A DNA stretch of 64,000 bases, from contig NC_068994.1 of NCBI RefSeq assembly GCF_001194135.2, forward strand, positions 16,587,416-16,651,415, given 5' to 3'. The notes beneath the pieces were generated by a model, which was not told where the DNA came from, did not search any database, and saw only the letters and a program-made list of their open reading frames with translations. The DNA is from Octopus bimaculoides (lineage: Eukaryota). The position numbers were made by a program, and so were the translations under genes. Below are positions 39,482 through 51,184 of this stretch, in pieces; positions within the stretch are counted from its first letter, which is position 1; every line of letters begins with the position of its first letter.

Positions 39482-40162
39482 CTTCGATCTGTACAATTTC
39501 ACCATATTAAGCTTTCTCAAGTGCTCTCGTTTTTCTTTCAGTAATTTCTCTAAATAAGACTTCCTCCTTCGGAGTTCTAAGTTGGAACTTTCACAATTCC
39601 CAGTTATCACAGCCAACTTGTCACCACAGTCATTTTGACTATTGTCTTTTTCATGTTCCACGAAAAGACTATTCACTGCTAATTTCTCATTAGCTTCGTC
39701 ATTTCCTTCACCTAAAATATCACAGACCTTATTAGTATCCGTACCTGTTGCCCCCAGACATTGGCCATCTTGTCCAGAAGCGGCAACAGGAACCTCTGAA
39801 GTTGGTGATGCCAAACACATTCGCTTGGCTTTGGGAGTTCTCAGATCCTGCTGTCCTTGGAAGTTTTTCTTCCGCAAAACTGGAGTTAGAAGCGAACTTG
39901 CTTCTTGAAGTTGATGTCTGTGGAATTTAGATGAGTTTGGAGTAAGAAGCAATGATGATGGATAATTTTCTGCAGGAGTTCTTCGGTTAAGTAGAGGGCT
40001 ACCTGCAGGACTTGGAGTGATACAGTTTAAAGACCTTGCTGTTGCCTTAGCATCAGGTGTACAAGGTTGGGCTTGATTAAGAGAGTTGCTGGCATTTTTT
40101 AAAACAGCAGGGGAATAATAGCGTCCACATTTCTTCAGACGTTCTTTCAGAGATGAACTCAG
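39482..40162 (-). CDS. SFR1: SFR1 exon 2
   Basis: ttattcag|CTG AGT TCA TCT CTG AAA GAA CGT...TCG AAG|gtaaag, 681 nt open, phase 0/0: LSSSLKERLKKCGR...EKREHLRKLNMVKLYRSK. LRKLxMVKxYRSK is the Sfr1/Mei5 hallmark. Confidence 0.9.
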
Positions 40163-41454
40163 CTGAATAAAGAAATGAAAATAAAATTAAAAAAACAGAA
40201 TTGTTGGAGGTTAAAGTTCAAATATTTTATTTCTTTTCATACCATCCTGAAAGAAACAAGACTCTACTAGTATTAAACAAAAATCTTTTCTTTCCACTTA
40301 GTCAATGAGAAAGGGGCAGCATTCACGACCTGATTGTCCTCATTTTAACATCAACTTTTTCATGTTGCATGGGGTGGATGGAGTTTACTGAAGAAGATTT
40401 TCCACAGCTGGATGCTGCTCCTGTTGCTAACCCTCACCTGTTTCCAAGCAAGGTAATATTTCCCCATGGCCAGACATGTTCATGCAGAGTACTGGAAATA
40501 AATAGCGCTGCTTCTATAACAATGATAATCATTTACAACTGTCACATGGTGTCAAGGCAAGGAGACACAACACTTATATATATATATATATATATAGTTA
40601 TAGGCTAGTGCAATCTGAAAAGATCCGGGTACAGGAAGTTAGTAAGCTAGTACAGATGACAAAAAGGTAACTGGACCTGAAGATTAGCTAAACGGGTTTC
40701 ATGTGTTACAAATTATATAAGACAAAGTTTAGCTATGAAACATACGTAGTCTTTATTTACCTTTTCCATTCCTAGTATTTTTTAAATATATGTGCATATA
40801 TATATATAGTAGTTTCCATCTATCAAATCTAATGACAGGGTTTTGATTGGCCTAGGGCTATAGCAGAAGACACTTCTCCAAGGTAGCACACAGTGGGATT
40901 GAACCCAGAACCATGGAAGCAAACTTCTTACACACAACCATGCATGTGCCATGACTTGCCTTTTATTTTTCAGGACTGATGAGAGAAAAGAAAGAAGTTG
41001 TCCTGAAATTGAAGACCTACCCCAAATGTTTGCAAAAGAACTCTGCTAAAGACATCCAAGGAATGGACGGTAGGGTTAAGTCAAGTAATGGATTAATTCA
41101 ACCAGCTAAGAATTCAGAATGCAAAAGCTGGAATTATACAAGGCATCTCATTCAATGCTTTAACAATTTCTGCCAATTCATCGCTCTAGACAGCTTCTAT
41201 TATTGATGTCAAGAGGATGAAAACCATCACAAGGTACAGTCCTTATTGTGGTATGATGGTTTGTATGCCTCAATGAACCTGACAGCAATGCCAGCAGAGC
41301 ACTAACTCCTTGTAGGACCTCCCATTCTGAACAAGTCAAAGGATAGAGGCCAGACTAATATGGAACACTTCTTCCTAGAGGTCAAAAAAGGTTTGCATAG
41401 GGCCAACATCCTTACCACGAAATGAAATTTTTAAAAAAAAACCAAAGATGGCGG

Positions 41455-41790
41455 GGATTTTTTGGAAGAGGTAGACCCAGGAAGATGTGGGATGAGGTGA
41501 TGAAATATGATCTTCGGATGCCGAGTCTCACAGAGGTGATGACAAATGACTAAGTCTGTTGGCGATTTGCTGTGCTTGAGAAGACAAGTCAAGCTCAGTG
41601 AAGTCGTATTCATGATTAGTGCCGGTGACATATGAAAGGCACCCAACCCAGTACACTCTGTGGTGTGGTTGGCATTAGGAACGGTATCCAGTCATAGAAA
41701 CTGAGCCAAAACAGACGGGAGCCTGGAGTATCTCTCTGGTTTACCAGTTCCAGTCAAACAATCTATCCTATGCCAGCATGGAAAACGAAT
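41455..41790 (+). mobile_element. Decayed RTE LINE 3' end
   Basis: Reads RGRPRKMWDEVMKYDLR, followed by the RTE-type tail seen elsewhere in the window. Confidence 0.6.
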
Positions 41791-42854
41791 GGTTACGGAA
41801 GTCCAGAGTAAAATAGGAATCGAAGGAGATCATCGGTAAAAAGTGGTTGAGAACAACTGGTCTAGATGGAATCTACAAAGCACATGTCAAATGAAGATTT
41901 CAGATAAATATTTGAGAGCAGAACTAGATGCTTTATTTCAAGTTTAAATTACACGGAAGTTTGACTACCTATCATCTCGATACAGTGAAAATGGAACTTC
42001 TGCATGGTTGTTTGACTTGTCAGAAAAAGCAACCAAATCTCCTTCAAATCACACACTACCACATACATGCATTATATACATATCAACCGACGAGATGCAT
42101 GTGGATATCTGCCAAAGTGGCAGACCTACCATCATGAACATACCAGCCATAATTCAGTAGCTTCTTTCAAACACTGCGGATCTAGAGCTACTTTATCCAG
42201 TGTCTCATGCATTTGAAAACGGCAACGACTAATTCAAGAAGACTAATACTTATCATATCGACTTAGGAATTAGTTTTGACTGCAATACAAAATAAGGTTG
42301 TCCTCTAGCTCGAGGCATTTACCATTTGTATTATACCAACTAACAACTTGCTTTTATTAAAAATATTTTAATAAACTCAAAAACACAAAAATCAGTTGTT
42401 ATATAGGTGTGTTATCAATTGGGTCGGATTCGGTGTCTAATTTTAATTCAATTAACGTTTTTTTTTATTAGGTGGGTGGGAGTCAGGCGATAATATTAGC
42501 TTCAACTAAGTAAACTATCAACATCCAGACATTAGGAATAAAGAAAGAAAATCCATCTTTCATGGCATTCTTCGCCAAAATTAATCTCAGTGCACCTCAA
42601 ACTCAAAACAGTGAGACAGAAATTACACAATGCAAAGTATTCTAAATAGCTCATTGATATAAACAGCTTTAATATTGTACAAGCATTTGATTTTCCTTAT
42701 TTTCAAATCTAAATTACGTTGTTTTTAGTTTAATGCAGCTTGCTTCATGACAGGAAGAAAAAAAAAGTCTTAAGAAATTACTGTAGGGAAAAAATAGAGG
42801 CGATAGTTATCCAATTTTTATAGACATTCAATGAAAAACAAAAGCAATACTTAC

Positions 42855-42899
42855 TTTAGCCGATCCTTTCGGAGTTTGAACAGTTTTCTGTTCATCCAT
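42855..42899 (-). CDS. SFR1: SFR1 exon 1 (coding start)
   Basis: caaatATG GAT GAA CAG AAA ACT GTT CAA ACT CCG AAA GGA TCG GCT AAA|gtaagt gives MDEQKTVQTPKGSAK. Perfect donor, phase 0 joining exon 2; total about 301 aa. Confidence 0.78.
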
Positions 42900-43177
42900 A
42901 TTTGCTACGCTTAAAATAAATAATATTAACAATCAGTCGCACAAACGAATGCTTTATTTGTAGATTCTGTCAAACCAAAACAATTCATTAAAAGTTTTTG
43001 GAATTTTATTGCTTAACATTATTCATTGAAATCATAGCAATACTTATTAAGCGATTCAGTATAATTTTTCCTTGTTTATATTTGCCGCTTCGGTTGTGTT
43101 CGGGTAAAACCGGAAAGTAAATATTTTATTAGAGCCTCGTTTCCAACACATTAAGCGCGGCGAATATAAAACAAATT

Positions 43178-43294
43178 GCTGGTACACCTCAACTTACGAT
43201 CATGTAATCAGTATGCGTGCGCGCAACGATCGGAAGTTGTAATGGACTAGTATCGAAAGATCGCCCCAGAGGACGTAAGTTGAGGTAGGCCTGT
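43178..43294. mobile_element. Short Tigger-like MITE in SFR1 upstream region
   Basis: Inverted acctcaacttacg (43186-43198) / cgtaagttgaggt (43274-43286). Confidence 0.6.
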
Positions 43295-43350
43295 AAATTA
43301 ATCTGGTAAAATACTTTCAATAATTTTTTGCCAGAGATCCAAGTCTATAA

Positions 43351-43511
43351 TACAGTAATACCTCGCCATATCGTGGTTTATTATTTAAGCTTACGTCGAT
43401 TCCTCCGTGGTGTTGTTTTGCATTTATAATAAAATAAGGCGACCATTCATAATTTTATGCAAATTATAAAAATTAAAAAAAGTATACAGTACTGTTTCTA
43501 CTTCGCGGATT
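43351..43511. mobile_element. Tigger/pogo-like MITE end running into gap
   Basis: tacagtaatacctcgccatatcg ... ctacttcgcggatt. Confidence 0.5.
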
Positions 43512-43836
43512 NNNNNNNNNNNNNNNNNNNNNNNNNNNNNNNNNNNNNNNNNNNNNNNNNNNNNNNNNNNNNNNNNNNNNNNNNNNNNNNNNNNNNNNNN
43601 NNNNNNNNNNNNNNNNNNNNNNNNNNNNNNNNNNNNNNNNNNNNNNNNNNNNNNNNNNNNNNNNNNNNNNNNNNNNNNNNNNNNNNNNNNNNNNNNNNNN
43701 NNNNNNNNNNNNNNNNNNNNNNNNNNNNNNNNNNNNNNNNNNNNNNNNNNNNNNNNNNNNNNNNNNNNNNNNNNNNNNNNNNNNNNNNNNNNNNNNNNNN
43801 NNNNNNNNNNNNNNNNNNNNNNNNNNNNNNNNNNNN

Positions 43837-43950
43837 GTCAGGGTTATGGTTAGGGTTAGGGAATTCCGTCCCTAACCATAACCCTAAACACTAACCCAAG
43901 CCCTAACCCTAAAACCCTAACCCTGACCCTAAAACCCTAACCCTACCCTA
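43837..43950. repeat. Degenerate interstitial TTAGGG/CCCTAA repeats in opposite orientations
   Basis: gggttatggttagggttaggg gaattc cgtc cctaaccataaccctaa...ccctaaccctaccct, adjacent to an N gap. Confidence 0.8.
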
Positions 43951-45027
43951 GTGAAGATCGTGCGGGTGTTAATCTGAAAAATTACCTATTCTGTAATTAG
44001 TTATTTATTCGATTGAATACTGTTCTGCATAAAAGTGCGTTAATTTCTTTTAAATGTCATACCTACACAAGTGTGCCCCTCCTCCGACTTGGTTTCCTCA
44101 TAACTTTCAGAAAACAAAATTGATATTTTTTAATGAAATTTTCTACAAATTCCTTTAGATTCCAATTATATCGGAATTTGTTGCGAAAAAGTTTTTCAGA
44201 AGCGATAGGGAGTAGCTACGAACCTAGTTATAACTGATATTTTTAGAAGCCTTATCTTTACTAAAAATGTATACCAAAGTCCTCTCTACAAGATTTTCAC
44301 TTTCATCAATAAGTAATTTTGAATTGATTTACTGTTAAAAAATGGTCTCCGAAGACTGCAGTTTTGAGATGTTCGATTCCACAGCACAGGATCTTGAGCT
44401 AGTGTTTTCTACCCAAGCCTTGGATTGACTAATCAATCAACACTCTATGGGTGGAATTTGGTAAACACAAACTGTGTGGAAGCCTGTCGTGTATATGTAT
44501 GAGTACGTCATTTCAGAGTTTGTGGTAGTGAAAGAATTGGTTACCACCTTTTCCTTTAAGGTAATTCTTTCCCCACCATCAAACTTTGTTAATTTTATCA
44601 TGAGAAAAAACGAAAGTACATTTAATATTGATTGTACCCAATTAATGTTCCGAGGATTGTGAGATCGATAAAAGATTACATCCATGGAAATTGACTTTAA
44701 CTTAAATATTAATAGCACTCGGGTCTGCCTCAAGCGAGGAAATATATAGTCCTGTGACACAATGGTCCGTCCTTTTTGTTTTTTAGACCTTGTGATGTAG
44801 TTAAAGGAAGATTTGGCTGCTATTTCTACCATTTCGAGAAACCATGTAAAGGTTTCGTGTGCGCGCCGAACTCTATTGCCATGGAGATCAGCACAGACGA
44901 TATGTTAACAACGGACGTTTTCGATTGGCTAAAATTACGTAACTTAAAAAGCTTATAACTTTTTTATTATGAATATCTAGAAAAAAAAATGCATGCGAGT
45001 TTTGTTATCAGCATGCAAAACTACACC

Positions 45028-45226
45028 GGTACTACTAAAGCAGCGCGGACCCGAACGCGCAGTCGCGCTCGCTAGTCTTGAGTGGTCGATCCTAACCCTA
45101 ACCCTGACCCTAACCCGCGTGTGCAAATGAATACGTGTTTAGGGTTAGGGTTAGGATCGACCACTCACGACTAGCTAGCGCGGACGCGCGACTGCGCGTT
45201 CGGGTCCGCGCTGCTTTAGTAGTACC
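45028..45226. mobile_element. Foldback MITE with internal telomeric repeats, 9-bp TSD (Mutator-like)
   Basis: ggtactactaaagcagcgcgg...ccgcgctgctttagtagtacc, with aactacacc duplicated at 45019-45027 and 45227-45235. Confidence 0.9.
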
Positions 45227-46249
45227 AACTACACCAAGATAAGTTTCAAGTGGCTGGAAGAAATTTAACAAGATCTGAGGTATGCATTTTGACGAAAAAA
45301 ACTGGTACTTTATGAAGTCACTCAGATATTTGTTCAGCATTGAGTTATAGACACGCTATTGTCACTTTCGCTGTTAGAAATGCCCTAATCAGTGATTAGT
45401 TTTTGGAAACATGTAACCAACAACATTTTTATTCACCGACTACGATTTTAAAATAAAAAGTAAATAGCTGTCGAATTTGATCGCAAAGAGCTATAGCTAC
45501 ATAACACAAGGTATAACAATCTTTTGCCTTATGTACATTAAAAATGTCAGAAACAAAACGAATGTAAGTGAAATGAATAAAAGTGAAAGAAAATCACAAT
45601 AGTTAATAATCGACAATACATAGGATAGTAATTTCGTTGTTTGCATTTCTTCATCGCTGTCGTCGTTTAGCGTCCATGTTCCATGCTGGCATGGGTTGGA
45701 TGGTTTCACAAGATTCGATGGCTCCAAGGACTGCATCGTGTTCCAGTGCCTGCTTTTGTAAAATTTCTACAGCTGGATACCCTTCCTAACGCCAACCACT
45801 TTACAACGTGTACTGAGTGCTTTACTCGCATGACTACGAAACCCGAAGGAGTGGGAGTCGGTTTTTATGCTAGGGGATGAGAGAGTGGAGAAGAGCTGGT
45901 TCTAGTAGAGGAACAGCATGACTACTCATAGAGGAAAGGGGAGGGAATTATCAGTAAGAATTATGAAGAGATAAATAGTGGAGATTAAGTGACCAGGTGA
46001 CCCCTCAAGGCACATGGCGAGTAAAGTGGATGGGTGGAATTGCAAAACTGGGTGGGGAGCAGAAGATGAGGGGATGGAAAGGCAGACTGCAACTGTAATA
46101 CGAAAGATCGCCCAAGATATTTTATTATGATATTCCACCCTTTCTTCCAATATACCGTTCTAATAACTATTTTAATTATGGTAATATAATCTCCTTTAGC
46201 ACTGTCCTCTCTAAGCTATGCGCGCGCACTGGTCTACCAACTAGCGGGA

Positions 46250-47765
46250 CATGTATGAGGGCATAAACTGTTCCAGCGCTCGCTACATCCATCATTTCTC
46301 GGCATTTACTCAGGTCGTCCTGAGCAACCCTCTGAGCAGTGTCCCATTCAGTCCCCATTTCTGCAAAATACTTCTTCGTTCGCTGTGACCATGAGGCATG
46401 TAGCCGACTTACACGAGCCGTCACCCCAGCCGAATTCAGAGAAGAGGACACGTGACGCACATGTCCGGTAAGTTCACCTTGATTAATTCAGCGTAGGGAA
46501 AGTTCACCGACATCAATTCACCGGTTTTTTTTTTTTTTTTTGTTTATATAGCTAGACAAGGAGGGCTAGAGACCTGAAAACCCGAACCTTTGTCCTCCTG
46601 CTCAGGAATCGCCAAACACCCTTGTCCAGTGAGTCCGCAACCACACCAACACGTTCCAAGTCTTCTTAAGACTTCGGACTCGCAGCTAATGCTGCTATGG
46701 ATCACACTGCTGAGATAAGTGAAGCAGTCAACAACTTCAACATTTTCACCCGCAAAAGAGAACGACGAGATGGAGTCCCTCAGGAAGCCAACGAAAGACG
46801 GAATCTTTGCCTTGACCCAAGAGACTCTTAGGTNNNNNNNNNNNNNNNNNNNNNNNNNNNNNNNNNNNNNNNNNNNNNNNNNNNNNNNNNNNNNNNNNNN
46901 NNNNNNNNNNNNNNNNNNNNNNNNNNNNNNNNNNNNNNNNNNNNNNNNNNNNNNNNNNNNNNNNNNNNNNNNNNNNNNNNNNNNNNNNNNNNNNNNNNNN
47001 NNNNNNNNNNNNNNNNNNNNNNNNNNNNNNNNNNNNNNNNNNNNNNNNNNNNNNNNNNNNNNNNNNNNNNNNNNNNNNNNNNNNNNNNNNNNNNNNNNNN
47101 NNNNNNNNNNNNNNNNNNNNNNNNNNNNNNNNNNNNNNNNNNNNNNNNNNNNNNNNNNNNNNNNNNNNNNNNNNNNNNNNNNNNNNNNNNNNNNNNNNNN
47201 NNNNNNNNNNNNNNNNNNNNNNNNNNNNNNNNNNNNNNNNNNNNNNNNNNNNNNNNNNNNNNNNNNNNNNNNNNNNNNNNNNNNNNNNNNNNNNNNNNNN
47301 NNNNNNNNNNNNNNNNNNNNNNNNNNNNNNNNNNNNNNNNNNNNNNNNNNNNNNNNNNNNNNNNNNNNNNNNNNNNNNNNNNNNNNNNNNNNNNNNNNNN
47401 NNNNNNNNNNNNNNNNNNNNNNNNNNNNNNNNNNNNNNNNNNNNNNNNNNNNNNNNNNNNNNNNNNNNNNNNNNNNNNNNNNNNNNNNNNNNNNNNNNNN
47501 NNNNNNNNNNNNNNNNNNNNNNNNNNNNNNNNNNNNNNNNNNNNNNNNNNNNNNNNNNNNNNNNNNNNNNNNNNNNNNNNNNNNNNNNNNNNNNNNNNNN
47601 NNNNNNNNNNNNNNNNNNNNNNNNNNNNNNNNNNNNNNNNNNNNNNNNNNNNNNNNNNNNNNNNNNNNNNNNNNNNNNNNNNNNNNNNNNNNNNNNAGTG
47701 TAAAGACGACTCTCAACCTCCTTGCAGATTCCACGAACCTGCTTTTCCTTGTCAGACCTCAAGGT
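46250..47765 (-). mobile_element. Decayed RTE-clade LINE (ORF2) spanning an N gap
   Basis: LRVSWVKAKI...GENVEVVDCFTYLSSVIH...EVLRRLG (post-RT region) and HASWSQRTKKYFAEMG...AQDD (C-terminus). MRSDKEKQVRGICKEVE lies on the other side of the gap. Confidence 0.8.
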
Positions 47766-48453
47766 TCTGACTACCCAATATTACAGTCTCCGAAGCAATT
47801 CACCAGGGGCCCCACCCAACCTCGCCCAGCGGCTGTACTCCACCAGTACGAGGGTCTCTCTTGAAAGGAAACATTTCCTGGAAATTTTCGAAAACTAATA
47901 TAACCCCTAGCGTCCCTATAAGTGTCTTTATATTTCCCACAGGTCCAATCGAGAGAGCAGCCTTCGGTAGTACAAATCCAAACTGCTGCCAATTAGCGCG
48001 CGCGCACACACACACACACACTCGCACACATATACACGCACAAAACCTAAAATGATATGGAATAATAGATCTTTTCTCTTTGGTTGCCAATACATCAATA
48101 CACTAAATCTTCATTAGACTTCAAAAATTTCCACAGGAGCAGCAAAACAGAAAAGATCCGGAATAATTAATAATAATACTTATGCATTCAACACTCGCAT
48201 ATTTCTGTTAGAGAAAAAAATGACGGAAGATTTTTGGGCTAAGAGTTAAAAAGGGCATAAACGTGACCGTGTGATAAGAACTTCCCAACCACATGCTTCT
48301 GCATTCAGGACCCCTGCGTGTCTTCTCCTATAGCCCATGTAGTGATGTCAGTATGTGACAGCCTACAATTTTACAATTGCATGCGAGAAAGAGGGATCAC
48401 CATCTTGTACGTAAAACGATGAGAAAAATAAGAACTTGTATATATATATATAT

Positions 48454-48700
48454 GGTACTACTAAAGCAGCGCGGACCCGAACGCGCAGTCGCGCGTCCGC
48501 GCTAGCTAGTCTTGAGTGGTCGATCCTAACCCTAACCCTATCCCTGACCCTGTCCCTAACCCTAACCCTAACCCGCGTGTGCAAATGAATACGTGTTTAG
48601 GGTTAGGGTTAGGAATAGGGTTAGGGTTAGGATCGACCACTCACGACTAGCTAGCGCGGACGCGCGACTGCGCGTTCGGGTCCGCGCTGCTTTAGTAGTA

Positions 48701-48702
<2 letters not shown>
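48454..48702. mobile_element. Second foldback telomeric-repeat MITE
   Basis: 87-bp TIRs (48454-48540 / 48616-48702) with one mismatch, inserted in (TA)n, compatible with a tatatatat 9-bp TSD. Confidence 0.9.
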
Positions 48703-48737
<35 letters not shown>

Positions 48738-50029
48738 TCACACATTCTATTCAATTTTAAGAACTAACAAGCTTTTCATTTAAACTGAATTTAAAGTAAT
48801 ACCATATTGTTAGGGTACCAATAAATGCTTTATTATCATTGTTCTCTATAGTTTGGGGCCGCAAGCCCAATTAGACCTACGCAGGAGTTAGCTTAAAAGT
48901 CCGTACAGAGTGCGACTTTTAAGCTAGTACTCTATAAATTGTAAGCATTCTAAAACAAGCTATAATTTTCTTAAGCACACACGCTGAAAAATAAGAAACC
49001 ATATAATTTTACTTACTTAAATTACTTATATGTAAGTGCTATTTTTCTTCTTTGAGACGTAAAATGTTCGATAACCTCATTTTAAATAAGCACACAACTA
49101 AGAAAATCACAAAATCCACTGAGCAAAATATTAATGCACTACCTTTCTGAATTCGACCTCACTTAAGTTTTGTTTCTGACTTCTAAAAGGGTACTATTAG
49201 TTTTCAAAACAAATTAAGATCAAAGTTATATGATGATATTGTAAGAAGAAAAAAATACTGTAAAAAAAATTAGTTTTAGTTTAGGAAGTTTAAATTAATT
49301 TGAACGTACAACTTCTCGCCATGAAAGCGAACATGCGACCGTGTTGTGGCAGCTGTCGCATCCCCTTCGCCATTAATTTTTTGCCATTCTCCCATTATCC
49401 GACGATATGCCCGGCACCATATTATGATACAATGCGCTGAGGTGTGCAGTGTTATTTCCGGACACCCACCACCAAATTTCCAGCAAGTGTATAACAAAAG
49501 TTATTTTATTAAGATTTGTGATTAAATTAATGAGAAAGGTTAATATTTATAATGAATTTTCGATGGGGTGCAGCACACACGTAGCACACCCGAAATGTAC
49601 GCTCCTTGTATGTAGGTAGGAAGGTATGTGTGTATGTATCCTATACCACTGCTTCACAACCTAGGTTTGTTTACGTTCTATAACTTAGCGGTTCGGCTAA
49701 AAATATCGATAGAATAAGTACCAGGTTTAAAAGAAAATTCTAGGGTCATTCGTTCGACCAAAACCCTACAAGGCGGTGCTCCAGCATGGCCGTAGACCAA
49801 CGACTGGAACCAGTAAAAGATGAAAGATACAGTCAACAAAGATTTTTGAGCTAGTTGATTACTAAAAAAGTTAGAGGTTAGAGAGAGAGCGCGTATGTAA
49901 ATATTCTTCAATAGATCATTAAATTTTTTTTAAATTTTATTATTGATCAAAGTCACTTCACACGAACAAGCAGGAAATTTTTTCCCCTTTAATTTTGGGA
50001 TGATCCTGTTATAGGAGTTTGCGTAAAGT

Positions 50030-50046
50030 CACGTGATAAGCACGTG
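50030..50046. promoter_or_regulatory. Tandem E-boxes CACGTG-N5-CACGTG (ChoRE-type) upstream of PAICS
   Basis: gtCACGTGataagCACGTGgt, 99 bp before the predicted ATG at 50145. The motif is seen directly; its function is inferred. Confidence 0.6.
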
Positions 50047-50144
50047 GTATTTATTTCGCGCCATTATTTGTTTCTTATTCAGAGCAGAAACTTTTTGTTG
50101 ATTCCTTACAACGTGTCTGCTACTTTTTACGTTTTGAATTCAGC

Positions 50145-50196
50145 ATGGCTTGTCAATTAGTGCACGATCTATATAATGCTGATGGCTCTCCTAAAG
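50145..50196 (+). CDS. PAICS: PAICS probable exon 1
   Basis: cagcATG GCT TGT...CCT AAA G|gtattt gives MACQLVHDLYNADGSPK plus 1 nt. Phase 1 matches the 55360 acceptor (G+CT = Ala). It lies beside the E-box pair. Vertebrate PAICS also has a short phase-1 first exon (recalled). Confidence 0.6.
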
Positions 50197-51184
50197 GTAT
50201 TTAAACATGAAGTTTTTTGTTGTTGTAATTTACATTTATAATTTTGCTGTAACATTTATTTGTAATGAAAAAAGTTTATCCTAAATATATATGTACGTGT
50301 GTGAAAGCACCCGATATGTTTACTCGAGTACAACTGGTAACTTATGGTCGTAGTTTTCGGCAACATAATTGCTAGTAATACATATATGAGAAATGTTACT
50401 AATCTTTTTATCACCGAAATGTTTACTTCTGAATTTTTATAACTTGTTTACTACATTTTAGACAAAATGGCAAGTTTATATATCCCTTGTACCCACATGT
50501 TTCTACATATGACCCGCCCCTATATCGTGTTTATATATATATATATTATTTTATTACTGCAGTCCTGGGCACTAATTACTAAAAATTAATCATATGAGCC
50601 CTAGTACTTATTTCATTGACCTCTTTGTGACCCGCTTAATTACGTGGCATTGATCTTTATAAGACACACACACACACACACACACACACGTACATAGCAA
50701 GCTTCTTCACAGTTTCCGACTATTAAATTCCATTGAAGGCATCGGTCCGCCGAGTGTTATGATAGATATGTGTCTGATACCGCACTGTACGATGAAACGT
50801 AGAACCACGTGGTTGCGAAGCGTACTTTCGAGCGACCTTTTGTTGTAATAGGTTTCACTGTGCAAAACATTACTTTCCCCACTATAATTATCTGGAACAC
50901 TACATGAAACACTAAAACTTAGTAATGAATATACCATTTCTTTTGCTGCTATTCGTCTCGCTTTTAAATCTGAGGGCTTCTTTGTTCCTGATGTAAAATG
51001 TCAGTATGGACTGTTTATTTATTAAAAAAAAAATGTTAATTTTGAAACATTTGGTTGATAATATTTTCCTCGTAAAATATCTTTGTACTTCGAGAAAAGG
51101 AAACCAATGGCCAATAATTACCCTAACCATCACATTTTATCCCCTCTTAGAAAGTAATCGTTTAAGCCAGGGGTTAGAAAGAAG

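Noticed and set aside
43837-48702. TTAGGG/CCCTAA tracts as a true telomere, chromosome fusion site or telomerase RNA template
   Set aside because: The tracts are short, degenerate and embedded within TIR elements with TSDs, between two intact genes.
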